This document shows positions 42,365 to 53,091 of a DNA stretch of 64,000 nucleotides, one piece after another; position 1 is the first letter of the stretch; the number at the start of each line of letters is the position of its first letter. This DNA comes from Carpediemonas membranifera BICM (taxonomy: Eukaryota > Protista > Fornicata), in contig JAHDYR010000020.1 of the NCBI GenBank assembly GCA_019828565.1, positions 167,769 to 231,768 on the forward strand, given 5' to 3'. The position numbers and the translations under genes were made by a program. A model generated the notes under the pieces. The model was given only the letters and a program-made list of their open reading frames with translations, did not search any database and had not been told where the DNA came from.

Positions 42365-42708
42365 CAAGGTAGTCAGACACGCACAGTTCTCTGTGAAGTT
42401 CCGGGTGGCCTGGAGTCTAACACAGTGTGGAGCTGTGGTCGACCCAGCGCAACGAGTTGAGACGGTATCTCCGGGAGATTGGCTTAATCGCGAGGGCTAC
42501 CAGAGTGCTAGCGATCTAGGGGATACACCGGCGGGGGCACCTCAGATAAGTGAAGAGATGAGCCCCACATTTCATTGATGTCGCCAGTGGCATTCCCTGC
42601 AACGTTCGTTCTCATCACATTCGACGCCTGCCCAGTCGTTCTCGATACCAAGCTCTACTGCCATTTTTTACAATGAGGTCTAATTGTCAAATCACACCGT
42701 GACACAGT

Positions 42709-43398
42709 CTACTCAGCCTTGACCTTGGCCATGCTGCGGGTCATGCTGTAGAGCTTGTACAGCGCCTTCGCCTGGGCTAGAGCGCCGTTGCCCGACTCCA
42801 TCTGGGGCGGCCGGAGGAATCTGAGTGCGAGGCCGACCGTGTGCTTGCAGAGGACGAAGAACGCGACGAGCCCAACCACCAGCCGGGTCTCGGGGGTGAT
42901 GGGGGTGTCGCACTTGTATGCGAAGACCCGCTTAACCACAGCGGGGACGGCTACATACGTGCTGGTGGCGGGGAAGACGAAGACGGCGCGGGAGTCGGGG
43001 TCGACCGAGAAGAGGAGGACGGCGAGCAGGAGAGCCTGCATGACGTTGCCGACAATGAAGGTGACGAGCATGGCGAGGGTGTTGGCCTTGCGGGTCTTCT
43101 TCTTCAGCTCGTCGAGCTGCTTGTCGAACTTGATGATCTGCCGCTCAATCTTGCTCTTCTGAACGAACGTATCGGAAGAGTTGATGATGTTGTCCTTTGC
43201 GGTGCGGAGGTTGTCTATGGTGCGCTTCATGTCCAGTACCTTTGCCTTCTTTTGGAAAACAAAGTATGTCATTGAGATCTGCATGAATTCAAGCCAGATG
43301 AGCGGGAAGAGAACAACAGCCCACAGAGGGGTTCCATTACTCATCAGAAACGCGATTAAAGCTGATCCCATCGATGAGAGGTTCAGACTCGTGAGCAT
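42709..43398 (-). CDS. GET1/WRB-like tail-anchored protein insertase
   Basis: TM - coiled coil (SDTFVQKSKIERQIIK) - TM - TM layout of the Oxa1-superfamily GET1. Confidence 0.6.
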   Translation of the reverse strand: MLTSLNLSSMGSALIAFLMSNGTPLWAVVLFPLIWLEFMQISMTYFVFQKKAKVLDMKRTIDNLRTAKDNIINSSDTFVQKSKIERQIIKFDKQLDELKKKTRKANTLAMLVTFIVGNVMQALLLAVLLFSVDPDSRAVFVFPATSTYVAVPAVVKRVFAYKCDTPITPETRLVVGLVAFFVLCKHTVGLALRFLRPPQMESGNGALAQAKALYKLYSMTRSMAKVKAE

Positions 43399-43476
43399 AA
43401 ACTCTTCGTAAACTCAATTTATGAATTTACTCGATTGTATGTAAACATGTACATACCATTATTCAGCCATTGCGGG

Positions 43477-43597
43477 CGCCGAAGCAGCCCCCACCTGGCC
43501 GGTAGACGTTGAAGATAGTGTAGTTGTCCCGGATGAGAGACGCCGCGATGTCTCCCAGCATGCGGTCTCGGGCCCACTTGCCGTTCACAGCCTCATT
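43477..43597 (-). repeat. 121-bp inverted copy of 50007-50127
   Basis: Reverse complement matches 50007-50127; the ORF track shows identical peptides for both. Confidence 0.92.
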
Positions 43598-43894
43598 ATA
43601 GCATAAACTGCACCTTGAGCAACTTGAGATTGGGAAGCCGCGGAGGCTTCTCTCGTCGAAGTCCCATGTCATCCAACACATCTCGTAAAAACCGCGTTCA
43701 CAGCGTCCCACTACTGCACTTTCCCATCTTTATATTATTCATTACTGTGCCGAGCCATGTATACACTCTCGTGGTCGCTGGTGTAAGACACAAGGATTGA
43801 CAGGTCGTCGGTGGGGTGACCAGCGGGGATAGCCTTCTTGACGTGGCCATAGGCGACACAGCTGAGGTGCTTCTGGTCAGAAATAGCGCGCAGA

Positions 43895-44728
43895 TTAATG
43901 TTCATCGTAGTCCTTGTCGAGTATGAACATCTCCAGCCGCTCCATCACGGCCTTATGCTCAGTTATCCGCTCGGCCAGCTTGCTCCGAGCAGCTCTCACC
44001 TCCATGATGGGGACGTCGCTCAGTGGGTAGCCCTCGGAGTCCGTCAGCTTATGCGGGTACACGTCACTGAGCTGGGTCAGCTGGCTGATCTCCTTGACGA
44101 GCGAGTCGCGCTTGGCCATGAGTGCTTTCATCTTCTCGACCCGAGGGGCACCCTGCCGCAACGCAGTGGAGCTCACCTTGTCACCGTTGTCTGAATGAAC
44201 CACTGGAATGACCACAGCATCGAGGGGGGCGAGGCCCCGCTCGAGCCTGACCTTGTTGCAGTGCTCGAGGCCGCCGAGTGTCTCTTCGGATACGATGAGA
44301 GCTTGGAGAGACGCTATGGTGCCTGCAGGACCTACTGGATCGTTGAGCTCGAAGATATCGAGCTTCGGGAGCCTCTTTCCGACATTGATGGCAAGGGTTT
44401 CGAGGAAGAGCCTGATGGCTTGGCACCGATCCTCATAGGACTGGATTAAATGCCCGTTCGCCTTGTTCTTTTGCAGTTCTGGAGTGGTAACACCTATCAT
44501 AATGGTCCCGTTGCTGTCCGTAACGAGCAGAGAGGCCGACAGCAAGGCGTAGTGGCCAATGTGGAGGCGGTCGAATGTTCCTGCCACAGCTACGAGGTCG
44601 TATTCGATAGTTCCTGCTGGTCTCTTCTCATACTGCCCGTCTCTGGGGGGCTGGGGGAATCGATACTCGGTCATTGGAAAGTAACGTTTTGGCGGTACTG
44701 GTTCAATAGCAGCAAACCCGCCACTCAT
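43895..44728 (-). CDS. Phosphopantetheine adenylyltransferase (Cab4/archaeal CoaD type) fused to a Nas2/PSMD9 N-terminal domain
   Basis: VAGTFDRLHIGH, DPVGPA, IVSEET, KVSST; then MKALMAKRDSL...LTDSEGYPLSD...VRAAR...HKAVM. Confidence 0.8.
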   Translation of the reverse strand: MSGGFAAIEPVPPKRYFPMTEYRFPQPPRDGQYEKRPAGTIEYDLVAVAGTFDRLHIGHYALLSASLLVTDSNGTIMIGVTTPELQKNKANGHLIQSYEDRCQAIRLFLETLAINVGKRLPKLDIFELNDPVGPAGTIASLQALIVSEETLGGLEHCNKVRLERGLAPLDAVVIPVVHSDNGDKVSSTALRQGAPRVEKMKALMAKRDSLVKEISQLTQLSDVYPHKLTDSEGYPLSDVPIMEVRAARSKLAERITEHKAVMERLEMFILDKDYDEH

Positions 44729-44855
44729 TGCTTCCACTCCTCGCTGTACTTCTTCTTCTTGGCCGGCCTGTACCCGATCCCCACCCCGTTCGTCGCCCGG
44801 ACCCTCGCTGCCTTCGCCTTGGGCCGGTCAGGGTGTCCGTCCAATGGACTCCAAT

Positions 44856-45467
44856 CTAACACCCGCACCCGCCACCTGTGGACACCTCGGGGGCGCTGTC
44901 GTCCTCGATCTTCAGCGTCCTCGTGCTCCTGCCGTTCTCCGTGCTGTTCCGCCCCCTATGCTGTTGCTGCAGGTTCTTGGCGATGTGCAGGAACATCGGG
45001 TTCAGTGTCTCGACGTCCTTGGCCGACGTCTCGAAGAACTGAGCGCCCACCTTCTCAGCATACTCACGACCTTCTTCAGAAGAGATAACGTGTTGTGACT
45101 TCGGCAAATCGGTCTTGTTAGCCGCAATTGCGAGGATGGGCTTGCCATCGACGTTCTTCACGAGCTCCTGGACCCAGTTCTGGACCCGGTCAAAGGAGTC
45201 CCGGTCGGTCACGTCGTAGACAAGAACGGCGGCGTTCGCGTCCCTGTAGTAGACTAGCGCCAGAGAATGGAACTTCTCTTGGCCAGCAGTATCCCACAGG
45301 TTCAGTGTGATGGTCTGATCCACAATATTAAGCACCTTTGAGCGGAAAGAGGCCTGAATCGTCATAATATGGTCACTTTCAAACTTCCGCTTGGTGTATT
45401 GAAGAAGAATGGATGTTTTCCCTACTGCTCCCTCACCTAAGAGTACAACCTTGTACTCGGAACCCAT
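44856..45467 (-). CDS. RAB21: Rab21-like small GTPase
   Basis: KVVLLGEGAVGKTS, TIQASF, WDTAGQE, NKTD, ETSAK, C-terminal CGC. Confidence 0.85.
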   Translation of the reverse strand: MGSEYKVVLLGEGAVGKTSILLQYTKRKFESDHIMTIQASFRSKVLNIVDQTITLNLWDTAGQEKFHSLALVYYRDANAAVLVYDVTDRDSFDRVQNWVQELVKNVDGKPILAIAANKTDLPKSQHVISSEEGREYAEKVGAQFFETSAKDVETLNPMFLHIAKNLQQQHRGRNSTENGRSTRTLKIEDDSAPEVSTGGGCGC

Positions 45468-46059
45468 ATTTCTCTCTCGCTCCTTTTCCTCCAGCATTTA
45501 CGGAAATCCGTTTATCATGATATATCCGATATATTGCCGATGACGACGAGGTCAGGTTCTCGCACTTATCCGTGTCAACTTAATTAATTGTTAATTATTG
45601 CATTCATAGAGCGTCGGCCTTGGCACAGGTCCTGACTTTTCTTGAGACAGGCTTTGCTTCCAATCTTCAAATCAGTGAGTATCCAGGAATGGGCCGAATG
45701 CATCATCCATCTCCGATACATCATTCAGCTCAACAAGCGGGCAGGTCGGATAGCCGGGGGAAAGCGGAGTTCATCCTGACCAAGCCCAGCCATTTTCGAT
45801 GAGACCACCGTTATTGCGCAACACCACGATGAACGCGCTGCTGTGGAACGCGATACGCTGACAGTGATCGTCACTCCAAGCCCAGGTCACGCTTGTGTCC
45901 AGCACCATGCGGGCATAGGAATCCGTCTCTCGTCCTCGTCCGTCGTATGTATACCATTAATAAGTTTACCGGGTGTATTGCCGGGAGTATTGCTGGTCCC
46001 GGTCAGCCAGAGGGCCCTCTCGACGCTCGAGTCACATCTCCGAGTCAGAGCCCCAGCGC

Positions 46060-46437
46060 TCATTCTGCTCCCAACTCAAGCAGGTGGTCAACATAGCCTG
46101 GATCATCTTCCTCCTCCAGCGCAGGTCTCAGTTCGACGACCGGCTCGGGCGTTCTGACCTCGAAGGAGGCTGAACGGACAACCTCTGGGGTGATGCCCAT
46201 CTCCATAAACACGGATTCCACCGTTATGACGTTGGTGGCAAGCCGCGAGATGAATAAAGGCAGTCCCGATGGATCTTCGAAGGAGAAAACCTGCTCTAGC
46301 ATCGTAAAGGCAAGATCTTCTTCTATCCGCCCTTCAGCGATTGCTGGGTGGAGAATCTCTGCCAATTGATCAGTTATCTGCACGGCAAACTGAGATAAAG
46401 CGTAATCCGCCAGTGGATGTGCGTCATCCACCTCCAT
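46060..46437 (-). CDS. Hypothetical acidic protein
   Basis: 125-aa ATG ORF, no recognisable motif. Confidence 0.4.
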   Translation of the reverse strand: MEVDDAHPLADYALSQFAVQITDQLAEILHPAIAEGRIEEDLAFTMLEQVFSFEDPSGLPLFISRLATNVITVESVFMEMGITPEVVRSASFEVRTPEPVVELRPALEEEDDPGYVDHLLELGAE

Positions 46438-46574
46438 GTGTCACTTCACCAAAATTCTGCCTTAGACTGCATGTTCGACCAGGCCGCAAGAGCGTGGGTT
46501 GGTTCTAGCCGACCCCACGATGACGAGTAGGTAGCTAGTCGAGGTGGAAGAAATAGCTTTACACAGCTCTCGCA

Positions 46575-46913
46575 TCAATGGTCCGGTTGCACCCGGCCCG
46601 TGACCTGCCCCCGGTCCACGGTGACCGTGGCGGACCGATGACAGTGGGGGCAAGGTGACGGTGCGCTGCAGTCGATACCCTCGGGCAGGTCGACTGTCTG
46701 GCGCGGCGCAATCTCGCAGTCGCCGTCGTGGTGGGCCATGTGCTCTTCCTGGATGGCCACGCGGAGCAGGCACTTGTGGCAGAAGTGCTGGCCGCACGGA
46801 CACGCCGATATCTTGCAGCTGTCTTGGTCGCCCTCGCGCGAGCTCATCTCAGGGACGACTCGCGACTCTTGGACTGCACGACTTGCCCACTCATAAGCTG
46901 CGCTATCATACAT
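46575..46913 (-). pseudogene. Cys/His-rich (IBR-like) ORF or gene remnant
   Basis: CPCGQHFCHKC...H...C and CPHC motifs; its ATG directly abuts the stop of the upstream ORF. Confidence 0.3.
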
Positions 46914-48569
46914 TTACTGGCCGTACTGCATCCGTACGGCCTGAGTCAGGCTCTTCATCCGCTCGACCTGCACGCTAAGCTCCTTCCGCTCCACGCTGAG
47001 CTCCCGGATCTGCTCCTTCATCTGGGCGATGGCGTCCCTGCGCTGTGTGCCAGTGCTGTCCCGCTGCGCCCTGAGACTCCTGATCTGCTCGTTCAACTCG
47101 GCCAGCTCCTCCTCCCTCGTCTTCACAAGGTCCAGTGTCGCCGTGTCCGCCACGGTCGCCAGACGCTGCTGCAGCGCCCGACGGTGCTCAACCCGCTGGG
47201 CGAGCTCAGATTCTGCAGTCTGAGCCAATATCTGACGGTCATGGTCGATCTGCGCCTTTCTTTCCTTCGTATCCGCCAAGGCCCGCTCGAGGTCCGCGAT
47301 CTGGCCCTTCGCGTGGTCAAGCTCGCTCTCCAACCTCCTACGCTCCTCGAGCACACGGCTGTGTTCCGCCTCGGCCTCCTCTAGGTCCAGAGACTGTGCG
47401 CCGGTCGCCCTGGTCGCTGCACTACGGCGGGCGTCGTCGGCAGCGTTCAAGTCGGCCTCCAGCTCGAGCAGCTTGCGTCTAAGCTCTCTGTTACGAGTTT
47501 CCTCAACTCTCTTCCTCTGTTCGAGGTCTGCGGCGAGTGACAGCAGCCGCGCGACCTCCTCCGACAGCTGCTGCACCTCGACGTTGCCCTCAGAGGCCGC
47601 CATGGCAGAGCTGCTGCGGGTGGTCTCGACGTCGGCTGTGACGCCGCGTATCGACATGCTAAGGGCCTCGACGGACGCGAGGAGGGCAGCGATACGGCCA
47701 GTGGCCCCGTCGGCGACAGTCTTGACGCTGCCAAGACTCACGGCCATGCGGTCGAGAGAGTCCCCGAACCGCCTGGCAAGCGTGTCAGCGCCTGCCTTTG
47801 CGACGGCAGCCTCCTGCCGCTTTTGCTCCACCGACGACGTCATTGTGCGAATGTTTCCCTCCGATGCATCCCGGAGGTCCCGTAGGCGGCGCTCCTCCTC
47901 TTCAACACGGCACTTGAGGGCTTCCCGCTCGTGGTTGACCGAGGCCTCCTCTCTGCGGAGACGCTCCGTCTCCTTGCGGACAGCATCCCGCTGCGTATTG
48001 AGGCGACGATGGGCGGCTGTATGGCGCTGGGTCTCCTTATCTAGTGCGTCCTCATGCTCTCGTTGGACATTCAGCTTTGAGGAGCGAAGGGCTTCCGTGT
48101 TGGCGCTGTAGCTGTTCTCGATGTTCGAGACACGGTCTCGGACACGACGGAGCTTGGACTTGAGGTCATCACGCTCCCACATGGCATGCTCAAGAGCGTC
48201 TTGCTTCTTTTGGAACTCGTTCTGGAGCTCCGCATGGAGGCGTTGGAAGCGACGGCGCTCGTCGTCAGCTTGTTGCGCTTGACAGCGAGAGGCAAAGACC
48301 ATTTGCTTCATACGCGTCAAGCGAGTGTTAGCTTCTTCCAAATACGTGAGAAGCTCCTGGCTTTGGTTCATAGGTCGATGTTGGCTTCGTGTATTCCGCA
48401 TAGCGACAATTGACCAGCCAGCACAGGCCGCCCTCACTGCGGTGACTCTCCTCAAGGGCCCTATGTGCGTCGAAATGGCCGATGACTGGATTGCGAGCTG
48501 CTCACCGTGCAAACTCGAGGCTGATGACTCGCCCCGGGACATCAGTAGCACGTGCTGCCGTTTATTCAA
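46914..48569 (-). CDS. Long coiled-coil protein (true start probably near 48372-48400)
   Basis: Continuous heptad-rich ORF. Confidence 0.7.
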   Translation of the reverse strand: MNKRQHVLLMSRGESSASSLHGEQLAIQSSAISTHIGPLRRVTAVRAACAGWSIVAMRNTRSQHRPMNQSQELLTYLEEANTRLTRMKQMVFASRCQAQQADDERRRFQRLHAELQNEFQKKQDALEHAMWERDDLKSKLRRVRDRVSNIENSYSANTEALRSSKLNVQREHEDALDKETQRHTAAHRRLNTQRDAVRKETERLRREEASVNHEREALKCRVEEEERRLRDLRDASEGNIRTMTSSVEQKRQEAAVAKAGADTLARRFGDSLDRMAVSLGSVKTVADGATGRIAALLASVEALSMSIRGVTADVETTRSSSAMAASEGNVEVQQLSEEVARLLSLAADLEQRKRVEETRNRELRRKLLELEADLNAADDARRSAATRATGAQSLDLEEAEAEHSRVLEERRRLESELDHAKGQIADLERALADTKERKAQIDHDRQILAQTAESELAQRVEHRRALQQRLATVADTATLDLVKTREEELAELNEQIRSLRAQRDSTGTQRRDAIAQMKEQIRELSVERKELSVQVERMKSLTQAVRMQYGQ

Positions 48570-48584
48570 TAATCTATCGTACTA

Positions 48585-50132
48585 TTACACCGCCGCTAGC
48601 AGGGACATGCCGCTCTCGCCACTCCCCACGCGGCCGTGGCTCCACCTAGAGAGCAGGGTCTCGTTCTTGAGCATGCCGCGGCGGTAGAGATCGTACTCCA
48701 TGAGCAGGTACGCCGAGGACGACTGGAACCGTTTGAATGAATCAAACGAGAGTGTCTGTGCGACCTCGATTTCCATGGGCCGGAACATGTCGGCGGACGC
48801 CCTGGTACCCTCGCTCAGCTTCTTCACACAGAGGGTAACCTGTCTCCGGGCATGGTCGAACACGTTCACCAGCCGGGGCGCGTTGTCCGCTACAAACTCG
48901 CTATATATCTGCCACGCCAGTGCGTTTGTGACCCGTGACCGGAAGCGGTGGACCTGCATGAAGAAGTCCAGATTCTCGTCACTCCGCTCGACCTGGAGGA
49001 AGCGCCTAAAGTATGCCAGAGAAACATCGTCCCGGATGATGTCTGGCAGTGACGGGGCGATGCCGCACGACTTGGTGAGGCTGACGGCGTATAGCACGCC
49101 GAGGCAGTACATGACACCGCAGACAGAATCTACAATGAGGTACGTCGTCGAGGGGGCGTGGTTCGAGAAAGCTATGAAGTACAGTACCATCCTAGAGGCG
49201 CTGTACATCCAGGCGGCGACGGACACGATGAGGGTGTCTGTGGAGACGAATAGCATGACGACTTTGGAGAACAGGATGACGAACATGCCGGCAGACGTCA
49301 GCATGAAGAACACGACGACATCAACCAGACGGTGGACGTCGTTGTCCGAGAACATGGCGAACTGTTGCATGATCAAGTAGGCCAGGACGATGGCGAACGA
49401 TGCTACCCACAGAAGGAGGTTCATCACAAGGAACACGACGTAGTTGAGGATGGTGGATATGCCGGCCGCCCGTGTGGTGTAATACACCTTGAATATGGCG
49501 TTCAGGAAGGACTGCATGACGATGCAGACGAGGAAGAAGTGCGTGGCGTTCGACAGGAGGAGCTCTAGAACGTAGAACGTCCGCTCCATGCCAGATCCAC
49601 TGTCGTCGAGGTCACTGGACTGTTCTTTGAAGATGGAGACGTACAGGAGCACCACATAGAGGATCGAGTAGACTGAGATGTAGCTCAGCAAAAGGCTCGA
49701 ATTGAACCATGGAATCTGCGCATCGGTGAGGCGGGACTGTCGTATGCTGCTCTTGTAGTATTGCCCGTGCTGTACTTGGTGGAGTGTGAGGCACAAGAGG
49801 AACAATGCAGCGAAGAAAAGGGAAAGGTGGCAAAACGCCGAGAGAACTAAATGGATGAGACTTAATTCGAAGCTTGTATCACCGTCTGGCATATTTGACT
49901 TTGCAATGATGAAGCTAAGAGGCGCGGTTCCGTTAGGTGGAAGAACGCCGATGACGTATGGTGCAGTTTTGCATTCGGACGCCTGCTCCAGATCCTCAAG
50001 CGTCAGAATGAGGCTGTGAACGGCAAGTGGGCCCGAGACCGCATGCTGGGAGACATCGCGGCGTCTCTCATCCGGGACAACTACACTATCTTCAACGTCT
50101 ACCGGCCAGGTGGGGGCTGCTTCGGCGGCCAT
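48585..50132 (-). CDS. 7TM-RGS protein (start may be ATG 49892)
   Basis: About 7 hydrophobic helices followed by RGS FRRFLQVERSDENLDFF...IYSEFVADNAPRLVN...DSFKRF. Confidence 0.85.
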   Translation of the reverse strand: MAAEAAPTWPVDVEDSVVVPDERRRDVSQHAVSGPLAVHSLILTLEDLEQASECKTAPYVIGVLPPNGTAPLSFIIAKSNMPDGDTSFELSLIHLVLSAFCHLSLFFAALFLLCLTLHQVQHGQYYKSSIRQSRLTDAQIPWFNSSLLLSYISVYSILYVVLLYVSIFKEQSSDLDDSGSGMERTFYVLELLLSNATHFFLVCIVMQSFLNAIFKVYYTTRAAGISTILNYVVFLVMNLLLWVASFAIVLAYLIMQQFAMFSDNDVHRLVDVVVFFMLTSAGMFVILFSKVVMLFVSTDTLIVSVAAWMYSASRMVLYFIAFSNHAPSTTYLIVDSVCGVMYCLGVLYAVSLTKSCGIAPSLPDIIRDDVSLAYFRRFLQVERSDENLDFFMQVHRFRSRVTNALAWQIYSEFVADNAPRLVNVFDHARRQVTLCVKKLSEGTRASADMFRPMEIEVAQTLSFDSFKRFQSSSAYLLMEYDLYRRGMLKNETLLSRWSHGRVGSGESGMSLLAAV

Positions 50133-50391
50133 CTAACCAGGCAACAAGTCACCTCATGCCGCGCGGGGCGCGGTTTTGCTGATGTTTACGTGAGCGTGAA
50201 TAAATTGAGTTTTGCATCGCTGATTGGTCAGGTGCACCTTGTAGTAGTAGTTTCTCAACCTCGGCTCCATTCCCACCGTCTCAGAGAACCACTCCCCCTC
50301 CTTAACCCACAAAGATAAGACCCGAGTCCCGACCACAGGCTGTCGCCTGACCGCGGCCCATCCAACAGACACACTCAAACCTACTCACAGT

Positions 50392-52666
50392 TTACTTCAT
50401 GACGTGGCTGCCGAAGGTGAGGGTCGTCAGGCTCTCCTCGTCGAGCTCACCGACCTCACCAGCAGCGACCATCCTCACCGCGTCGAGAGAGAGCTCGCCC
50501 GCCTCCTTCACCGACATGCGGCCGATGTTGGAGACGTTGTTCTTGATGGATACGTAGGTCTGAAGCATCCGCTGCTTGTACAGGTGCTTCAGCGCAGCTC
50601 TCTTGGGTTTCATCGAGGGTGTCAGCAGGTTGTTCTCGATAGTCCACTCATTAGGATCCAGAATCACAGCCTTGGGGAACTCGAACGGTCTCAGCCCGGC
50701 ATTCTTGCAGGCTGCGTAGAGCTCCTCATGGACCTTCATGACGATGTCGAGGTCCCTCATTCTTGCCTCGTACGCCACGGACTTGTCCTTGCCGAGCTCG
50801 GCCCACCATTGGTCGACCATGGTCTTGTTGGGGACGACCACAGCAACCAGGAAGCTCTCGTACCGGTTTCCGTAGATGAAGATCGACCCGACTGCGGGGC
50901 AGTTGGCCGTGCAGACGTCCTCGATGGCCGAGCCGCACACGAATTCACCCTGTGCCATCTTGAAGATGTTCCGCTTACGGTCGATGAGCTTGAGCCTGTT
51001 GCCGGGCAGCATCTCGCCGATGTCCCCTGTGTGGAACCAGCCGTCATCGTCAATCACCTCAGCCGTCTTGTCCTCGGCCTTGTAGTAGCCCTTGAAGATG
51101 TTCCCGCCCTTGAGCAGCACCTCGCCGCGGGGGTTGGGGCTGTCGCTGACGAGGTAATCGAGGTCGGGCACGTCGATCAGCTTGATCTGCAGGTTGCCCT
51201 CAGGCACGCCGACGTTGCCCATGTCCTGAACCCCCTCGAGCTGGGCGGCAGCGGTACTAGTGCTCTCCGTCATGCCGTATCCCTCGATGATGGGCGACCC
51301 GAACACGATCTGGACGAACTCGTTGATCTGGGCGGGAAGAGGGGCCGAGCCAGTGAATATGAGACGCACGTTGCCCCCGATGACTTGCTCCGTCTTCTTG
51401 AATACGCGTTTGACGAGGAAGTTGGGCTCCTGACGGGACTTTCCGCCGAACAGAGCCTTCCTCTTCTGGCCGTACGCCGTGGTGAAGACAAAGCGGGATA
51501 GCGCAGGCTTGGCGGCGATTTTGGAGCTGACGGCGTCGAACATGCGGCTGAGGATGCGGGGGACGGCGGGCAGGATCGTCGGCCTGAGCACGGCGACGTC
51601 GTCCATGATCTTGCGGGTGTCGCCCTGGTAGAACGCCACGCCCGCGACGTTGTAGTGGGCGAGGAAGGAGATGACCCGCATGAAGATGTGGGCGCAGGGA
51701 AGGTAGGAAATGAGCGTGTCATACTCGCCCGCCCGCACCATGGCGGGGGTACGGGCCGGCCAGTACGACATGAACGAGGTCACGGCCCACATGACGTTGC
51801 TGTGGGTGATTACGACGCCCTTTGGGTCGCCGGTGGTCCCGGAAGTGTAGACGAAGGAAAGTTCGTCCTCGGGGGTCACGGTCTCCGTCACCTCACTAGG
51901 GTGGGCCCTGCCCTCGGCCAGCACCTGTGAGAACGAGTGGGTAAGCATGGCGCACATGTGGTCGCGCTCGTCGGCGGCGACGGTGTCGAGGGACATCGTC
52001 ACGTGATCAGGGACGTCCAGGGCATGCTCGGCGAGGTCGGGGCGGACGGCACGGAGGAGGGCGGCGTCGTCGGGGCGGTAGTCGAAGAGGACCATGGTCT
52101 TGACAGCCTCGCAGCAGGGCTCGTCCCACAGCTGTCTGAGGAGGGGCAGGTGCTCGGCGGCCACGAGGATGGCCGTGATGTCCGAATTGGGGACGATATA
52201 GCGCACGTCCTCGATGCCCTGGCTGTCGTACAGGGGCACGGTGATAATGCCACGGGCAGCACATGCGAAGTCTGCGACGGCCCACTCGACGCGGTTCTTT
52301 GACATGATGCCGACCTTGTCGCCCTTTTTGAAGCCAAGACCCGCAAGACCAGCGCTAAACTCGGTAATGAGCTGCATAGCGTCCTTGTAGGAAAGCCTGT
52401 GTGAGGGTGTCGAGAGGGGATGGTGGAAATGGACCCGTGTGATGGTTAAATCCACAGCTCCATGGTGTGAAAACGTACCATTCGAAGTCACCACGAGATT
52501 TGGGCTCAAAGGTCCTGGTACCGAAGCACTTGGCGTCAGGATTGGACTTGGCCGTCATCTCGATGATAGAGGAGCAATTCTTCCAGTCTGAGGGAAGTTG
52601 GATGTCTGGGAAGGACTGTTTGAAAACAGCCTCGTGTATTTCAGTGGTATCAGCATTATCCGCCAT
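50392..52666 (-). CDS. Long-chain acyl-CoA synthetase, intron 52397-52478
   Basis: YTSGTTGDPKGV, EGYGMTE, WFHTGDIG, IDRKRNIFK; splicing gives FEW|LSYK. Confidence 0.93.
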
Positions 52667-53091
52667 GAGCAGCGTGCTCTTGCTGGAATGAATTTGAGCG
52701 AAGTGCGAAAGAGTCGAAAGATTCGATGATATGCCCTGGCATGGCCTTGTATTTGATTGAGTCGGGCTCGACTGCTCTCCGGATGTCTGGCAATGTGTTG
52801 CTCTGACCCAACACCGGTCTCCGGCAAATTTATGACTGATGGGTTCGACTCACGGCTGTCAAGTGCAGTAAACACTGCGCTTTAAGGTTATTAACAACAC
52901 TACTGGCCACCTCCGCGACCCTGGAGGTTGTTGGCTGGGCTATCGAGGTGTGCGGATGCCCCGAACACTGTACTGTTCATCCTTGGGTGCAGTGGTTGAC
53001 CATAGAACTCGGTCCAGAGTTCTTCAACCGCGCCATGTATACATAGGTCGCAGCGATGCACACTCAGTAAGAAAGAAGCTAACAGTGTTTA

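Noticed and set aside
52820-52860. GGTTCGA as a tRNA T-loop
   Set aside because: No cloverleaf stems around it; no tRNA or rRNA genes recognised in the window.
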